Below, piece after piece: positions 46,213 to 57,600 of a stretch of DNA of 64,000 nucleotides. The notes under the pieces were generated by a model. It did no database searches, was not told where the DNA came from, and saw only the letters and a list, made by a program, of their open reading frames with translations. Each line of letters starts with the position of its first letter. The stretch's first letter is position 1. Source of the DNA: a virus (lineage: Duplodnaviria > Caudoviricetes); the IMG/VR virus record IMGVR_UViG_3300037313_000659, positions 5,085 to 69,084 of that record. The stretch is one strand, 5' to 3'. A program made the translations under genes and the position numbers.

Positions 46213-46974
46213 CTACAGGCCGGTGAGATCCACGAACATGAAGTCGGCTTGTGGATCTTGGTTGCCGTTCCAATAGGTGCCGCTGTAGTTCTTGTAGTCA
46301 CGGTAGGTCGCGACGAAGTTGTCGCCGACCGCGTGAAGACAGCCGATCGCCTTGTGGATATTGGCATCACCTGGGCCGTAAGGGGACGAGCTCGGTCCAC
46401 CGCCGGCCGGTGAGTTGATGTAGGCAACGCCGGTGAAAGCGCCGTCGATGATCCAGCCCCATTTCTGCGTGCTCGGCTTGGCATACATCGCGAGGTTGTT
46501 CTCCTCGATGATCGTCCAGCCGCCAGTCGCAGGCTTCACCGATAGGTGCTGTTCGGGAATGACGTAGAAGTCGGCGACCCCGTAAAAGTGATACCTGTCC
46601 TTGACCACGAGTGGCTTGGTCGAGCTGTCGAAGACGACCTGTCCCGCGGAATTGAACACCTGAAGGCCGAAGCCGTGCAGAGACTCTGCGGGCAACACAT
46701 CGAAGATGTAGACTTCGCCTGCGCCGTTGACACGGATTGTCCAGCTGCTGTCGGCGTTCTTGGTGCTCTGAAGGACACAGATGCCCGCGGTTGGGACCGG
46801 CGAGGCGTTGGTCGAGTAGAGGACCGGAATTGGCGCGGTGCGGTTCGCCGAGGTAGTGAACGTGTGATCGCCGGTCGTGGCGAAGGTGAACTTCTCGATG
46901 AAGACGAAGTTGCGGTAGAACTCGTCGATCTGGATGATGCCGCTATCGTTGATGACTTGGAGCCCGACCGTCAT
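46213..46974 (-). CDS. Tail-associated protein
   Basis: MTVGLQVINDSG.IQID and FGLQVFNSAGQVVFDS motifs typical of genes following tail tip J. Confidence 0.7.
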   Translation of the reverse strand: MTVGLQVINDSGIIQIDEFYRNFVFIEKFTFATTGDHTFTTSANRTAPIPVLYSTNASPVPTAGICVLQSTKNADSSWTIRVNGAGEVYIFDVLPAESLHGFGLQVFNSAGQVVFDSSTKPLVVKDRYHFYGVADFYVIPEQHLSVKPATGGWTIIEENNLAMYAKPSTQKWGWIIDGAFTGVAYINSPAGGGPSSSPYGPGDANIHKAIGCLHAVGDNFVATYRDYKNYSGTYWNGNQDPQADFMFVDLTGL

Positions 46975-47330
46975 CAGTAGACTCCGTAAATCAGCGTGCT
47001 GTTCTGGTAGGGGTAGTCGGTCACTGTGCCGGTGTCCGAGTTATACCAGTTGCCGGAGATCATGATCTGTCCTGGCCTATTGCCTGGATCGACCTGGACC
47101 GTGGCGATCTTGAAGTAGAGTTGCTGGTTGTCGATGATGTCGATCTGGTAATTCGGAACACAGACGCCCCACAGCGTTCCCGCGTAGGCAGGATCGACCA
47201 CCTGGGTCCAGGTGTTGTTGGGGATGCCGGACGTATTGCAAGGGCCGACATATCCCAGCCGACCTAGCCGAGCATTGGTATCGAACTGGAGCAGTCCAGC
47301 CGCGTCGAAGATTTGAAGTCCTTGGGCCAT
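46974..47330 (-). CDS. Tail-associated protein
   Basis: MAQGLQIFDAAGLLQFD N-terminus. Confidence 0.7.
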   Translation of the reverse strand: MAQGLQIFDAAGLLQFDTNARLGRLGYVGPCNTSGIPNNTWTQVVDPAYAGTLWGVCVPNYQIDIIDNQQLYFKIATVQVDPGNRPGQIMISGNWYNSDTGTVTDYPYQNSTLIYGVY

Positions 47331-47354
47331 GAGTGCGTGTTATATACTATGCAC

Positions 47355-50300
47355 CTACCAGATGCCAAGACGCACGCGAAGCACGTTCGAGGAATCATAG
47401 ACCTGGATGAGCGAGTCCGAGATGACCACACGCTGCCCGCTCGGCGCCGACTGGAAGGTGCCGATGGTGGCAGTGATCGCCGACAGCTGGCTCACGTTCA
47501 TGCGATCGGCGGTGATCGAGCCGGTCTTGATGTCGGTGCCGTCGATGACCGTGCGGCCATAGGTTGCCACGAGATCCGTGCCGCCGCGGTAAGTCGCGAG
47601 GATGACATTATTCGCGCCGCGCGCGGTGGCGAGCGTGCTGCTGACCGAGAGCGTGGTCGCGCCAGCAACCCAGTAGATGTAGATCGTTCCGCTGGTCCAG
47701 GCGGCGGTGTTACCGGCGGCGATGTTGACGCTCGTCGCGTTACCATTGTCGTCCGTGTAGCTGATCGTGCCAGCAGTCCAGTGAGCCTGGTTCGCGCCAG
47801 GATTGTTGTGCTCGAACTCGATGCCAGCGCACTCGATGCCACGAACGCCAATCGAGATCTTGTTGGCGGTGATCGTGTTCGCCGCGATCTTGCCGCCGTC
47901 GATGAGCGTGTTGTCGCCACCCCATAGGAGACTGGAGAGGGTCGTCGTGCCGGTCAGCTGGATCTTGCCAGGGGAGATCGTCGTCGATCCGGCGTTGATG
48001 CGGGTCGCCGGATCTTGGGCGCCGGTCGCTGCCTGGCTCTGGATCGTGCCGATCGACACGCCGGTTGCGCCGACCGTGATTGCGGCCGGAAGCGAAGTGG
48101 TGACATCGAGCGAGGCAGCCGAAAGGGTGCCAACCGTGATGCGGTCACCGTCGATCGTTCCAACGGCCATGTGGGCAGTCTGGACCTCGCCTGCGGCGAT
48201 GTTGCGCGCAAGGATCTGGTTCGCGCCGATCATCGGAGCCGTGATCGAGTCATTCGAGATTTGGGTCGCGAGGATCGTGCCGAGCACTTCGTCGAAGTTG
48301 ATGCCGGCAGTGGTCGCGTTCGCAGACGCCGAGAAGCCGGACTCGTTGCCCGAATAGTCGACCGCCTTGAGCCAGTAGTAGCGGGTCATGCCGCTATCGA
48401 GGCCGCCGCGAGTGTAGGCGCCCTTCTTGCCAGGGATCGCAGCCACCGTGGCGATCGGGGTCGCCGTAGAGGAGCTGTTGGTCGTGTTCTCGAAGATGAT
48501 GATCGACTTGAGATCGCCGTCGAGCGGGTTCGCCCACGAGAGGAAGATGTTCGCGTAGGCAGCGCTCGCGACCAGAGCAGTCGGGGCGCCAGGAGCAACG
48601 CTGTCGCCACCAATCGTGATCGTGGCGTCCGTAGACCAGTTGCCCTTGTTGCCGGTGTTATCGACGCCGCGGACATGCACCGTGTAGGTCGAGCCGGCGA
48701 GAACCGGCGACCACTCGTAGGTGTTCGTCGGCGCTGCGAACGCGACGAAGTTGCCCGAGTCCTGCTTGATCTCGATCTCGTAGGTGTTGATGTCAGCCGC
48801 GGGCGAGGCAGTCCAGGTCGCCGTCAGGACAGGGGTTGCCGTGCCGTCATCGTTGAAGTTCAGATGTTGCGTGAGCGTCAGGCCGACGATCTGGTCCGGC
48901 GCCACCGTGTCGAAGTAATCGTCGATGCTGGTGGGCAGCACGACATATTGAGCCGACGCTGCGCCAGGACCGAACGCGTCCACCGGCACCACCTTGATGT
49001 AGTGCTGTGCGCCGGCCGCGAGCGGCTGGATCGTGATCTGACTCGCAAGTCCGCTGTAGACGAGCGTGCTCGCGTTGATCGCGCAGGGGTCGCTAAGGCT
49101 CGCATACACCTGGATCGCCGTGATGTCGGGATCGGCCGGCACATCCACGTTGACGATGATCGAGTTGAGCGCGCCATCGACGGTCGGCGGGGTCGCGAAG
49201 GACGGCGCGGGGTTCTGCGCGAACATCGTCCGAGCCGCGGAGATTTGACCCTGACGGCCACGCTGCCTCACCTCGAAGTTGAATGCGCGCCGCGGAGTGC
49301 CTGCGCCGTCAGTCGTGTTGTGCTCGTAGGTGTAGGTGTAGTTCGGCGTGACGGTATATTCCGTCCGCAGCGGATTCATCAGGTCATCGTAGATCGTGAC
49401 CTGGTAATCGAGGAAGTAGACCTCATCGCGAACGGCGTCCGTCCAGGTGAAGATCGCATCCTTGCCGGTGAACTCGCCGGAGGGCTGGTCGGCCGGCGTC
49501 GAGCCGTTCAGCTGCAGACCAACCGGCGCCGCGCTGATGTCGGGGTGCGTGACCGAATAGATGATCTCGACCCAATCGGAGAAGCCGCTGTTGATGCCGA
49601 CCGAACGGATGCGCGCGTTGTAGTCGCCAGGCTTCTGACCGGCGATCTCGATGGGGCCAGCGGAGACCGGCGCGACACCGATCCAGGCTGTGTCGGCTTC
49701 GTTCTTGTAGTTGAGCTCGTAGCCGGTGATGCCGGTGACATCGAGCGGCGGAAGCCAATCGAAGACGATCGTGCCGGCAGTGTCGAACGCAGTCTGCGTG
49801 GCGGTGAAGCTAGTCGGGCCAGGCAGTCCGATGATTTCGGGATCGATCGTGCCACCGATCATCGGGGCGCTCGCGAACGGTGCGCGGTCGCCACCCTTGT
49901 TGTAGGCCACGACCTTGAAGATCGCGCTGTCGCCTACGTTCAGCGTCGTGTGGAGCTCGTTGATGTTGACGGCCGAGCCGAGCGGCAGCAGGGGGCCACC
50001 GTTCAGCGACAGATAGACATCGGCGCCGCCGTAATTGATGATCCCGCCAGAGTTCCAGGAGATGCGGCAGCCGACCGTGTTCCGCACAGGGTCGATCCAG
50101 CTGTCGTAGTCCATCATCAGGGCAGAGACCTGCCTGACCATCCGTGAGGACAGGTTCGTGACCGGAATCGGGATCTCGACTTCCGCCGGTCCATAGACAC
50201 CGGCGTTGTATTCCATGAAGGTCAGCGTGCGCTTTTCGAGGCCGTTCCCGTTCACGCCGACGAGCGTGTAGGGCTTGTTGACCGTGGTGACCGGCCCATA

Positions 50301-53180
50301 GGCGAAGCTCGCATACTGTGCCGGCGCCTGGGGCAGCGCGGTCGCGAGGTTCAGCGTGGTGGTGCCGTCCGCGTTCTGCGTGACGCTCGTGACATCGCGC
50401 TGTTCGAGGCAGTCCGTGTCCCAAAGTTCGACGGCTTGCGCAGCGACAAGTCCTACGGGATCTGCGGCGAGCGTGACGGTGTGATAGGTCGCGCCGTTCT
50501 GGATCTGCGCGATCTCATAGTCCTGCCCGTTGGCAATGAGCCGCTTCGAGTTGAGCTGCAGCGTCGTCAGGTTCGCGCCACCAGGCTTGGTGATGAGCAC
50601 CTTCCGGCCGACCACGGACGCGATCGTCGAGTCCACTCGCTTCAGGGCGTCGAAGTGGACGATGACGTTGGCCGTCGCGACCATCTCCGCGTGCTGATCG
50701 AGCACAACCTGCGTGGTCGTGCAGCCGTCCTTCACGCGTCCGCTGGTCGCCCATTCCATCATGTCATGCTGGATGAGAGCGACCTCGCCCATGGTCATGT
50801 TCAGCGCATCGAGCCAGGCGTCAAAGGTGATCGTCCGCATGAGCAGACGGTTCGCGTAGATCGCGCGCCAGAGCTCGGTCTTCGCCTGCTCGTGGTTATC
50901 CACGCCGACGAGGGTGACCGACGCGGTGCGCGGAATTTCGTTGAAGGTTACCGCCTTCGGGTCGACATACCGGATGGTCTTCGCCTTGTTCCGGTCGTTC
51001 TTGTCGTAATAGGTGAACTCGTATTCGTTCGCCCGATCCGCCATCGACAGATAGCTGATCGAGAACGTGTCCTTGATGATGTTGCCCTGCGTGAACTGGT
51101 GGACCGGATCGCGCTCGCGATCGATCGCCACCGAGATCTTCGTGCCGAACGGAACAGGCGCAGCGTGCCCGATACGGAGCACCTGGTTGAGCGCATCACC
51201 GAGGTTCGTGCCGGTGTCGAAGACGCCGTTGAACTCAAGGTTGTTGTCCGTGCAGTATTGCGCGAACTCCAGCCACCGCGGCCAATCGATGCGGCTGGTC
51301 GAGAGACCGGCGCCACGCTCGATGCCGCAGATGATGTCGAGGCCGATCCAGGCAGGATTCTTCGACTTCTCGATCGTGAGGACATTGCCCTCGATGTCGT
51401 AGGTGCGGACCTTCGAGCCCTTAACGAGCGCCGTCAGCTGCGGGATTTGGTTGAGCTGGTCGTTGAGCTTGATCTTGAGCGACAGGGTTGCCGTGCCGCG
51501 CATGGCAACCGCGTCCATCTCGATCTCGGCGACATCAGTGAGATAAACCTCATCGATCCAGTCGTCGTGGCTCGGATCAGCCGCGGTCGTGCGACGAATC
51601 TGAACCTCGTAGGTGCCGCGCGGGATGATGGTGCTCGTGAAGCTCTTGCGGATCGCGCGCGTGCGGTTGTCGGTGACCGTGACTTTGCCGTTGCCGACAG
51701 GGATCGGAGGAGCGCTGGCAGACAGGGCAGGGTAGACGCCACCGTCCGTGCGGACCTGGACGTTCGAGATGTAAGCCTGGCCGCTCGTGGTGATCGTGTA
51801 GTCGCCGCCGTCCAGGTCAGCGACGAACGTGTCGGAGACCATCGGCGCGATGTCGGTCGGGCCGGCGATCGAGCCGTCCTTCAGGTCGGCGTCGAAGACA
51901 TAGCCGCGGAGCGTCTCTTCATCGGCGGTGAGCGTGCCGATGATCGTCTGTTCACCCGTCGCGATATTGGTCGCGATGACATGAACCGGATTTTGCGCCG
52001 TGGTGTAAGCCGGAGCATCGACGCTGACGATAAGTCCATCGACGTTCTGAACCGTGGCCGGCTGGATGAAGTTGACGCCGCTGCTGGGGTCTGTGGTCTG
52101 GACATACGCCGCGGCCGTCGACCAGCTGGAGATCGGGAGGCCGACGAACGAGCCGACGCCCGCCTGACGATACAGGATCTCGAAAGTCAGTGAGCGGTTG
52201 CCGTAGCTGCCGTCCTTCTTGTTGATGTCCACGAGACCGCTGGGGAAGGTGACATCGAGCCGCAGCCGGTCGACCTCCGTGGTGGTCAGGTGGGTGGTGA
52301 AGGTCGTGTCGAGCTTCTGCCCCTTGTTCACCTGGATGATGGACGCGGGGAACCAGGGGTTGACGGTTTCCGTCAGCGTCCCCTTGGTGACATGCGTCTC
52401 GACCAGCTTGAAGTTGCTGATCGGCTGCTCGTTGATCTCAATGTCGGTGATGTCCTCGACTTCACCGTCATTCATGACCGTCCGCAGGAATAGATACTGA
52501 TCGTCGCCGCGGTTCTCGGTGTAGCAGTCCGAGAAGTTGCCGGCGCAGCGGAAGTCGCCGTAGACCACCGGATAGACGATGCCCTCGGTCGCGGAGTTCT
52601 TCGCGCCGTCGATGCCGTAACTGCTGTTGTCCTGACCCTTGGTCTTCGGCGGTTTCGGGGTCAGCAGGAACGTGTTGACCAGGCCGATGCCGATCATGAT
52701 CGCGGCGGCTGCCCACCACTGCATGCCAGGGATGAAGGAGATCGCGACCGAGACGGCCATCAGCGCGACACGCAGGATACCCTTGAAGCCGTCGCCGCCC
52801 TGCGGGATCAGAACCAGGCCGATCCGATCGAGTTGCTGGAGCGGTTGATCGCCTTCGGTCTTCGGATCGACTTCGACGCCGTTGACGAAGACCATCCACT
52901 CGGCTTCTTCCGGCAGACCCTTCAGGTAATCGTTGAGAGTCGCGTCCTTCCGCCACTGGAGCTCGTGATGCTCAATGGTGCTGCGGTCGAACGGGTCATA
53001 GGCGATGTCGAGCCAAACCAGATCGGTGTCGATCGGGGCTGTCAGCTGCGCTGTGAGCGAGTTTTCGAGCGGTGCGCTGTCTGCGGTGCTCGCGGTCGCG
53101 GGACGCGCTGTAGCAGCGCGAGAGAGCGCGAGAGCAGATGTTGAAGCGAGCGCGACGGTGCGCGTGATCGAGCTACGCAT
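47355..53180 (-). CDS. Tail tip / central fibre protein (lambda J-like, FN3 repeats)
   Basis: PVVYG, NPAWI, FTQGNII, FN3 repeats, C-terminal NVSQLSAITA...RVRLGIW. Confidence 0.9.
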   Translation of the reverse strand: MRSSITRTVALASTSALALSRAATARPATASTADSAPLENSLTAQLTAPIDTDLVWLDIAYDPFDRSTIEHHELQWRKDATLNDYLKGLPEEAEWMVFVNGVEVDPKTEGDQPLQQLDRIGLVLIPQGGDGFKGILRVALMAVSVAISFIPGMQWWAAAAIMIGIGLVNTFLLTPKPPKTKGQDNSSYGIDGAKNSATEGIVYPVVYGDFRCAGNFSDCYTENRGDDQYLFLRTVMNDGEVEDITDIEINEQPISNFKLVETHVTKGTLTETVNPWFPASIIQVNKGQKLDTTFTTHLTTTEVDRLRLDVTFPSGLVDINKKDGSYGNRSLTFEILYRQAGVGSFVGLPISSWSTAAAYVQTTDPSSGVNFIQPATVQNVDGLIVSVDAPAYTTAQNPVHVIATNIATGEQTIIGTLTADEETLRGYVFDADLKDGSIAGPTDIAPMVSDTFVADLDGGDYTITTSGQAYISNVQVRTDGGVYPALSASAPPIPVGNGKVTVTDNRTRAIRKSFTSTIIPRGTYEVQIRRTTAADPSHDDWIDEVYLTDVAEIEMDAVAMRGTATLSLKIKLNDQLNQIPQLTALVKGSKVRTYDIEGNVLTIEKSKNPAWIGLDIICGIERGAGLSTSRIDWPRWLEFAQYCTDNNLEFNGVFDTGTNLGDALNQVLRIGHAAPVPFGTKISVAIDRERDPVHQFTQGNIIKDTFSISYLSMADRANEYEFTYYDKNDRNKAKTIRYVDPKAVTFNEIPRTASVTLVGVDNHEQAKTELWRAIYANRLLMRTITFDAWLDALNMTMGEVALIQHDMMEWATSGRVKDGCTTTQVVLDQHAEMVATANVIVHFDALKRVDSTIASVVGRKVLITKPGGANLTTLQLNSKRLIANGQDYEIAQIQNGATYHTVTLAADPVGLVAAQAVELWDTDCLEQRDVTSVTQNADGTTTLNLATALPQAPAQYASFAYGPVTTVNKPYTLVGVNGNGLEKRTLTFMEYNAGVYGPAEVEIPIPVTNLSSRMVRQVSALMMDYDSWIDPVRNTVGCRISWNSGGIINYGGADVYLSLNGGPLLPLGSAVNINELHTTLNVGDSAIFKVVAYNKGGDRAPFASAPMIGGTIDPEIIGLPGPTSFTATQTAFDTAGTIVFDWLPPLDVTGITGYELNYKNEADTAWIGVAPVSAGPIEIAGQKPGDYNARIRSVGINSGFSDWVEIIYSVTHPDISAAPVGLQLNGSTPADQPSGEFTGKDAIFTWTDAVRDEVYFLDYQVTIYDDLMNPLRTEYTVTPNYTYTYEHNTTDGAGTPRRAFNFEVRQRGRQGQISAARTMFAQNPAPSFATPPTVDGALNSIIVNVDVPADPDITAIQVYASLSDPCAINASTLVYSGLASQITIQPLAAGAQHYIKVVPVDAFGPGAASAQYVVLPTSIDDYFDTVAPDQIVGLTLTQHLNFNDDGTATPVLTATWTASPAADINTYEIEIKQDSGNFVAFAAPTNTYEWSPVLAGSTYTVHVRGVDNTGNKGNWSTDATITIGGDSVAPGAPTALVASAAYANIFLSWANPLDGDLKSIIIFENTTNSSSTATPIATVAAIPGKKGAYTRGGLDSGMTRYYWLKAVDYSGNESGFSASANATTAGINFDEVLGTILATQISNDSITAPMIGANQILARNIAAGEVQTAHMAVGTIDGDRITVGTLSAASLDVTTSLPAAITVGATGVSIGTIQSQAATGAQDPATRINAGSTTISPGKIQLTGTTTLSSLLWGGDNTLIDGGKIAANTITANKISIGVRGIECAGIEFEHNNPGANQAHWTAGTISYTDDNGNATSVNIAAGNTAAWTSGTIYIYWVAGATTLSVSSTLATARGANNVILATYRGGTDLVATYGRTVIDGTDIKTGSITADRMNVSQLSAITATIGTFQSAPSGQRVVISDSLIQVYDSSNVLRVRLGIW

Positions 53181-53577
53181 AGATGTAGCTCGCGAGCGGC
53201 TTCATGGGGTTGTTGGTCAGGCGCTCCGTGGTGACGCCAACACCGTGCATGCAGTGGGTGAAGCGGTCGCCAGTCAGCATGAAGCCGACATGCGCGCCGT
53301 GTCCGTCCACGCGGAAAGTCAGGAGGGCGCCAGGAGTGCCGATGGGCACCGGCCGCCAGCGAGCGGCATTCACGCGCGGCTCGCGCTGCACGATCTCCTC
53401 GACCTGTTCGAGATCCCCAGGCGATTCAAAGTCAGGAAGCTCGACCCCAGTGCGCCGGAAGAGCTCGCGCACATAGCCGTAGCAGTCCCATTTATCGGGA
53501 CCGCGGCCACCCCGCTCGAACGGCTGACCGAGCAGGTCAAAGAAGGACGGAACTGGGTAGGTGAGCATCACAGGCAT
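53173..53577 (-). CDS. NlpC/P60 tail assembly protein (lambda K-like)
   Basis: GRGPDKWDCYG...HVG...FTH. Confidence 0.85.
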   Translation of the reverse strand: MPVMLTYPVPSFFDLLGQPFERGGRGPDKWDCYGYVRELFRRTGVELPDFESPGDLEQVEEIVQREPRVNAARWRPVPIGTPGALLTFRVDGHGAHVGFMLTGDRFTHCMHGVGVTTERLTNNPMKPLASYIYA

Positions 53578-53606
53578 TATCGCATGTGTGTCACCCTACA
53601 TGCAAG

Positions 53607-54230
53607 CTAGATATTCATTTTCACGAGCCCAGGAAGCCCGCGGAAATTGATCGTGTTGTTGTGCTGCGCGCACCCGTTATCGCCGTCCCGCGTATAGTCG
53701 CAGGTTGCGAGGGGGCCGGCATACTGGCAGCCGTAGCCCTTGTAACGCCACGCGCAGCGGTCGCGGAATTGGCGGTGCTTGGGGAATTGAATACCGAGCG
53801 GGTTCTCGGAGCCGAGCGTGAGGCTGACGACATAGTTCTTCACCGAGCTCGCAGTGACGCTCATCGTCTCCTCGATCTCCGGCGGCTGATCCAGCCGGTC
53901 GGAGTTGACGACGCGCAGGATGACGCTGCTGAACATCCCGCCGGCCATTGCTTCGAGCTTGCTGGAGATGAACTGCGTCTGGTCCTGTGCGGTCAGCGAA
54001 ACGCTGGGCGCTTCGTTCTGCTTCTGCTCGATCTGGAAGTCGAAGTTGGCAGCCTGGTAGACCTGGCCGTTGAGGATGATGTTCTCGTCGTTGCGCACGA
54101 CATAGACCGTCTCCTCGATGGAGCGATCGTTCGGGTTGACGATCTGGATCTCAAGGCACGCGAGCCATACCGCGGCCGAGGCGATCTTGTTCTTGTCGAT
54201 CACGCTTTCGACGGACAGGTGCCGAGCCAT
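53607..54230 (-). CDS. Minor tail protein (lambda L-like)
   Basis: C-terminal CAWRYKGYGCQY...CD...C Cys cluster. Confidence 0.8.
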   Translation of the reverse strand: MARHLSVESVIDKNKIASAAVWLACLEIQIVNPNDRSIEETVYVVRNDENIILNGQVYQAANFDFQIEQKQNEAPSVSLTAQDQTQFISSKLEAMAGGMFSSVILRVVNSDRLDQPPEIEETMSVTASSVKNYVVSLTLGSENPLGIQFPKHRQFRDRCAWRYKGYGCQYAGPLATCDYTRDGDNGCAQHNNTINFRGLPGLVKMNI

Positions 54231-54601
54231 CAGATCTCACTCATTTTGATCTTGATGTTCCACATGCGGTTCGTGCCGATGATGTTCGGCGACGGCTTGT
54301 ATTCGTCGAACCGCACCTGCCGGACGATCTCGTGGACGTAATCGTAATAGGTGAAGGCGACCGACTTGCCCTTCGACTTGTAGAAGGCGTCAATCTTGAG
54401 ATAGTCGGCGTGCGGCAGGCCGATGAAGCCAGTCGAGATGACCTCGCGTTCGGCGCGCGTCGTTCGGTCGCGGCGGAACTCATACCCACCGTCCGTGTCG
54501 GCCTTCAGGGTCTTGTCGATCCGATCGATGTCGTAGAGCGAGGGGGACTCGCCCTGCGATAGATCGCCTGGACCTGTGCCTTTCTGCGGGAAGTCTGCCA
54601 T
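54230..54601 (-). CDS. Distal tail protein (lambda M-like)
   Basis: DGGYEFRR...FYKSKG..FTY; follows the tape measure. Confidence 0.75.
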   Translation of the reverse strand: MADFPQKGTGPGDLSQGESPSLYDIDRIDKTLKADTDGGYEFRRDRTTRAEREVISTGFIGLPHADYLKIDAFYKSKGKSVAFTYYDYVHEIVRQVRFDEYKPSPNIIGTNRMWNIKIKMSEI

Positions 54602-54641
54602 CAGCCGAGTATATCATGCATGCGTGTCATACACCATGCAC

Positions 54642-57600
54642 TCACTGCTTTGCAATATGCCCAACGGCATCCCGCAGACGCCCCTGCTTCGAGAGCGCGT
54701 CGAGGACCACGGAGACGATCATCTCCTTGCCGTTGAACTCGGTGCTCACATCGGCATCCATGTCCTGGCCGCCGTTGTTGATGACGTTGACCGTCACCTT
54801 CGGCTGCGTGCCGAGATGCTTCTGCTGATCTTCGGTCAGCACCCGCTCGCCTTCGAGGCCGATCATCGGCACTTCCTTCGGGCCGAGCTTCGAGATCGTG
54901 CCGCCGCCGTGATACTTGAAGGCGTTCGCGAACAGGTCGGCCGAGACCGTCTTGAAGTTGCTGCTCTGGCCGATCACGCCGCCGGTGTGGTGCGTCGGTG
55001 CCTGGATCGAGAAGCCGGAGCTCACACCCTGGCGCAGGAACGACCCGTAGCTCTGACCATTGGTCATGCCGAGCGCCGACAGAATCCCATAGGCGATGGT
55101 CGCCTGCAGGATGATCTTGAACAGACTCTTGATGATGTCTTCGGCGAACTTGCCGAACTTGAAGCTGCCGTCCGAAAGCTGCTCGGTGAAGCTCGACAGT
55201 GCGCCGGCAAGGGCGCCCTGGATGTTGGTGCCGAGCTTATACCACTCGCGCGCCTGCTTCACGAGAGCGACTTCGTTCTCGCGGTCGGTCTGGAGACGGA
55301 ACGCCTTCTGCCAGGCTCCGAACGCAGCCTCGGCCTTGATGCGCTCTTCGACAGAGAGCTTGTCCCAGGCGATCAGGCTCCGCTGGCGCTCGACTTCGAG
55401 GTTGTAGTTCGCCTCACGAGCGGCATTCTCTTCCTTGAGGCCGTTCATGATCTTCTGGCTCTCTTGGGTCCAGTCGAACACAGCCTTGGCGGCATCCGCA
55501 CGCTGAACGTCGCGGATGATCCCGTTGATCTTATCCTGCATCTTCTGCAGGTCTTCGCCCTTCAGGCCGTCGAGCAGGTGAGCGAACCGGCCCTGGAGTT
55601 CCGCGGCCTTCTGGTCAGCGAGGAAGGTGCCGTTGGCGAGACTCGTCCAAAGGGCGTCGGCGTCAACCTTCGCCTTGCTCATCTGCTTGTCAGCGTCCTT
55701 GAACGCCTTGGCAATGTCGACGCGGCCTTCCGTTTCGTCCAGCTGCGCGAGTGCCGCACGATACTTCTCGATCTGGTCGGGCGACCAATTCGAGTGCATG
55801 CCGGCGGCGAGCTCGGCATTGAACTTCGCCAGGTTGCCCTTCGCGCCGGTCATCTCGATGTTGAGCTCGGCGATCCGGCCCAGCACGCGACCGATCGCGT
55901 TGGCGTATTGCTCCTGCTCCTTCTGCGCGGCCCTACCGTCGATCACAGCGTCCTGAAGCGCGGCCTTCTGCCGGAGCAGCGCGATCTCGCCAGGACTCTT
56001 GCCAGCGTAGGCACCGCCAGCGACGGCCGCCATGAACTGCTTCAGGTGCGTGCTCTTGTCGCCCGCGACCTGTGCCTGCAGGCCGGCGATGTCACCCTTG
56101 AGCTTACCGACGCGCTTGCCGGCCGCAGCTGCAGCACCCGCTAGACCGCCGCCCTTGCCGTTGAGGGCATCGGTAACGAGGTTCATCGACTGGGCGCCAG
56201 CGAGGCCGGCTGATTCCATCTGCGTCCGCAGACCGCTCATCTGCGAGGCATAGCGCTGCACGAGATCCGTGCGGCCGGACTTCCTGGCGTTGTCGAGCAG
56301 CCGCTGCGTGCGGTTGATCTGACCTTGCAGATACTGCCGATCGCTCGCGCTGTCCTGGTCGCGCAGACGCTGCATCTCGACCACGGCGCTCTTGTCGCCC
56401 GCGAGGATGCGGTTGGTGAGGCTCTGCCACTGGGTCTGGAACCCGCTACGCTCGCGCAGCCGGTCCATGTAGTTCTCACGCTCGGTCGAGAGTGCCTGTG
56501 CGTCGTCGCGACCCTGGTTGGCGTTCGCGGGACCGATCAGGCGCTCCATCTGCTTCTGGAGCTCGGCCTTCTGGCTCTGCAGGCTCTCGCGGCTGTCGAT
56601 GAACCCAGTGCGGTCGCCGCCGAAGGCATTACGCACCCAGTCGCGCAGCGTGCCAGGCTTGCCCTGCAGCTTGTCGTCGATCTCGTTGATGCCTTCCTGC
56701 AGCTTCTTGATGTGCTGCATGTTGGCAATCGCCGCGGTGAGGCCGCGCGTTTCGTTGGCCGCGTCCCTGGCCTTGGTCGCGAACATGCCGAACGCGGTGG
56801 CTGCGCTGTAGGCGAGCGTGATCGCAATGCCGATCGGGCCGAGGATCAGGTTGACTGCGGTGCCGAGGAACGACGCTGCGATCGCTGCGCCACGCTGGGC
56901 AAGTGCCATTGCGCCGGTAGCCGCGGTGTTGAGCTCCGAGGCGGTGGTGGCGCGCGCAGTCGCGATCGACTCCTCATTGAGGGCGAGCGTCAGCTGCTCT
57001 TCGGCGGTGACCAGCTGCGCGTCGGTTGCCGCGAGGAGACGACGCTGGGCGATGAGCGCACGCGTGGACGCGTTCACCGCGTCCTGTTCCGCCTTCACCA
57101 TCTGCGACGACGCAGCCGTGTCGCGACCCATCGCGATATTGGCGGCGTTGAGCGTCTGTGCGGTGCGAAGGTTCGCGACCTGTGCGGCACGCTGCTGCGT
57201 CAGGATCAGGATGTTCTGCTCGTAGGTGGCCTTGAGGCTCTGCAGCGAGGCAATCTCACTGCGCGTGGCGACGATCGACTGCTCGGCAGCAACCACACGC
57301 TCGCGCGTCTTCATCACCCACCGCTCGGTGGCCGCCGCGGACTGATCGAGGCTCTGCTTGAGGCTCTGACCCCAGCGAGCGAGATCGCCGGAGAGACCAG
57401 TCATCTCCCTGGTTCCGTTGACGACGCTCACCAGCGAGACGACCGCCTGCTGTGCCATGCGCGCGAACCATGCGCCAATGTCGATTGCCTTGAACGCCAG
57501 CCACACCTTCGCAATCGCGAGGCCGAGACCGCCGATCTCATTGCGCCACTCGACCACCCACTTCAGGGCCGAAGCGAGGCTACCGGCAACCGAGTCAACC

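Noticed and set aside
42211-53180. Diversity-generating retroelement or invertible tail-fibre cassette
   Set aside because: No reverse transcriptase, no invertase, and no near-identical template/variable repeat pair differing at adenines was seen.
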